A stretch of DNA of 64,000 bases from positions 1 to 64,000 of the forward strand of contig MU008228.1 in assembly GCA_010909165.1 (NCBI GenBank). The letters are read 5' to 3'. Positions 62,256 through 64,000 of this stretch are shown piece by piece. The first letter of the stretch is position 1; every line of letters begins with the position of its first letter. This stretch comes from Anthoceros angustus (Eukaryota > Plantae > Anthocerotophyta). Made by a program: the position numbers and the translations under genes. The notes under the pieces are model-generated. The model had not been told where the DNA came from and ran no database searches. It was given only the letters and a program-made list of their open reading frames with translations.

Positions 62256-64000
62256 TCACGGTCGACCTTTACAACTGCAACAACCAGCTGCGAATCGATG
62301 CACACGGTACCCGTCCCTTACCACAATGTCTCTATTTTCAAGCCTTGACATGATTTCCGTGGAACTGTGGCAGTCGCTGCACATGCGTAGATTCTTCGTT
62401 ACCACGAGAGTTGTCCCACTCGGAGTGTTCAAGAGACCAAACGCAAGAGCTAGCTTCTCAGCATGCCCACAAAGCGCATCTTCCTTTTCCTTCTCAGAAA
62501 GTGGCTTCAACACCAATTTTGTGAGAGGTACGTGGCCTCCTTCCTGTTTCACACGAGCATTGGTGGCCTCTACCTTCAGCGCAAGATCTTCTCTCCTTTC
62601 TCCCACCAGAAATGTATGTACCTGCTTATTCACCTCGATGGTCGCCACAGCAGGTTTCTTGTTAGCTCCTGCTACCCTTCTCCGTGTTTCAATCCTGTCT
62701 ACATCGCTCCACCTCCCTGCATCTGCATACGCATTCGCCATGAGCACATATGCAGGCGCATCCTGGGGGTCCAGCGTAACAATGCTTTCAAAACACCAAA
62801 TCGCCCTGTCTAAATCACCGTGACTTTTGCAGGCATTCAACAAAGACCTCAACCCCACAACACTCTTTTGGCCCTCTAATGACAACAGCATCTTCTCAGC
62901 CTCATCTAAATGGCCCGCACGCCCAAGAAGATCAATCATGCAGGTGTAATGTTCGATAGTAGGTTTGATGCCATGCTCTTCAGCCATGGAATCAAAGTGC
63001 TTGCAACCCTCGTGGACTAGTCCTTCATGGCTGCATGCTGCTAGAAGGCAAGTAAAAGTAGCACCGTCAGGCTGAACGCCGGCCACTAACATCTCCTCAA
63101 AACAAGCTAGTGCTTTCTCACCATCATCACAAGTACCATACCCAGCTATTAGGGCATTCCATGTCACCACATCCTTCGTGGCCAAGCTTTCGAAAACTCG
63201 GCGAGCATCTCTCAGTGCACCACATTTTGCATACATGTCCACCAAGCAGGTGCCCACCAGTATGTCATCCAGCAGTCTCTTTTCGACAATCTGAGAGTGC
63301 AGCTGCCTGCCCTTCTGTAAGGCACCAGTGCTTCCACACGCCTTCAGAAGGCAAGCAAAAGTAACATGGTTCGCTACTATCAGACCCTCCTGCTCCATTT
63401 GTCCATACAAAACAAGCGCCTCATGGCCAAGTCCTTGCTGTGCATACCCAGCAATCAGCGCTGTCCATGTCACCACATCCTTTGTGGCCATGCTGTCAAA
63501 AACCTGGCGTGCATCTTCCAGTTCACCACATTTTGCATACATGTCCACCAGGCAGGTGCCCACCACTACGTCATCCAACAGTCCTCTTTCAACAATCTGT
63601 GAGTGCAGCTGCCTGCCCTTCTGTAAGGCGCCAGTGCTTGCACAGGCCTTCAATAGGCAACCAAAAGTAACATGATCAGCCAAAATGAGGCCCTCCTGCT
63701 CCATTTGTCCATACAGAACAAGCGCCTCATGACCGAGCTCTTCCTGGGCATACCCAGCTATCAGGGCATTCCACGTGACCACATTCTTTGTCTTCATGCT
63801 GTCAAATACCTGGCGTGCATCTTCCAGTTCACCACATTTCGCATACCCAGCAACCAGCACCGTCCATGTCACCACATCCTTCGTGGCCATGCTATCAAAA
63901 ACCTGGCGTGCACTGGTCATTTCGCCACATTTTGCATACATGTCCACCAGGTGTAACAAACAAGTTAGTGTGCCTCTGCACCACATCACAGTGCACTTTC
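62256..64000 (-). CDS. Fourth PPR-E1-E2-DYW:KP(GRP) paralogue; 5-prime end lies beyond the window
   Basis: 577-aa open frame with S-SS-P-L-S-P-L-S-P2-L2-S2-E1-E2, KKPAVATIEV, HAEKLA, CSDCH, CSCKGRP. An apparent frameshift lies near 63955. Confidence 0.93.
   Translation of the reverse strand, partial: KCTVMWCRGTLTCLLHLVDMYAKCGEMTSARQVFDSMATKDVVTWTVLVAGYAKCGELEDARQVFDSMKTKNVVTWNALIAGYAQEELGHEALVLYGQMEQEGLILADHVTFGCLLKACASTGALQKGRQLHSQIVERGLLDDVVVGTCLVDMYAKCGELEDARQVFDSMATKDVVTWTALIAGYAQQGLGHEALVLYGQMEQEGLIVANHVTFACLLKACGSTGALQKGRQLHSQIVEKRLLDDILVGTCLVDMYAKCGALRDARRVFESLATKDVVTWNALIAGYGTCDDGEKALACFEEMLVAGVQPDGATFTCLLAACSHEGLVHEGCKHFDSMAEEHGIKPTIEHYTCMIDLLGRAGHLDEAEKMLLSLEGQKSVVGLRSLLNACKSHGDLDRAIWCFESIVTLDPQDAPAYVLMANAYADAGRWSDVDRIETRRRVAGANKKPAVATIEVNKQVHTFLVGERREDLALKVEATNARVKQEGGHVPLTKLVLKPLSEKEKEDALCGHAEKLALAFGLLNTPSGTTLVVTKNLRMCSDCHSSTEIMSRLENRDIVVRDGYRVHRFAAGCCSCKGRP

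Overview
This is eukaryotic, repeat-dense plant nuclear DNA. The GRP-ending PPR-DYW:KP genes point to a hornwort-like lineage (inference). Layout: (1) 1-18.7 kb holds a Ty3/gypsy integrase remnant, a 1.55-kb (TATC)n array and two ~7.6-kb tandem units. Each unit carries a Penelope-like retroelement at the junction where the first unit has only the long TATC array. (2) 18.7-29.5 kb is nested LTR, copia and DNA-transposon debris. (3) 29.6-37.7 kb has three tandem PLS-PPR-E1-E2-DYW:KP genes ending in GRP, each with an N-terminal OSB-type PDF motif. One is intact, and a fourth paralogue lies at 62.3-64 kb on the minus strand. (4) 40-50 kb is a minus-strand Athila/Tat-like element with a tRNA-Asp PBS, whose ~5.4-kb LTR contains a protein-coding ORF. 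(5) 50.3-59.2 kb is the most striking feature: a Ty3/gypsy pol reading C5-DNA methyltransferase (DNMT3-like motif order), RT, RNase H, integrase, PHD finger. A 4,764-bp ORF-bearing solo LTR with a 5-bp TSD splits its RT. (6) Tandem short LTRs abut a truncated PIF/Harbinger transposase. Many duplicated segments differ mainly by small indels, so some frameshifts and duplications may be long-read consensus or assembly artefacts. All family assignments rest on motif recognition by eye, not database searches.
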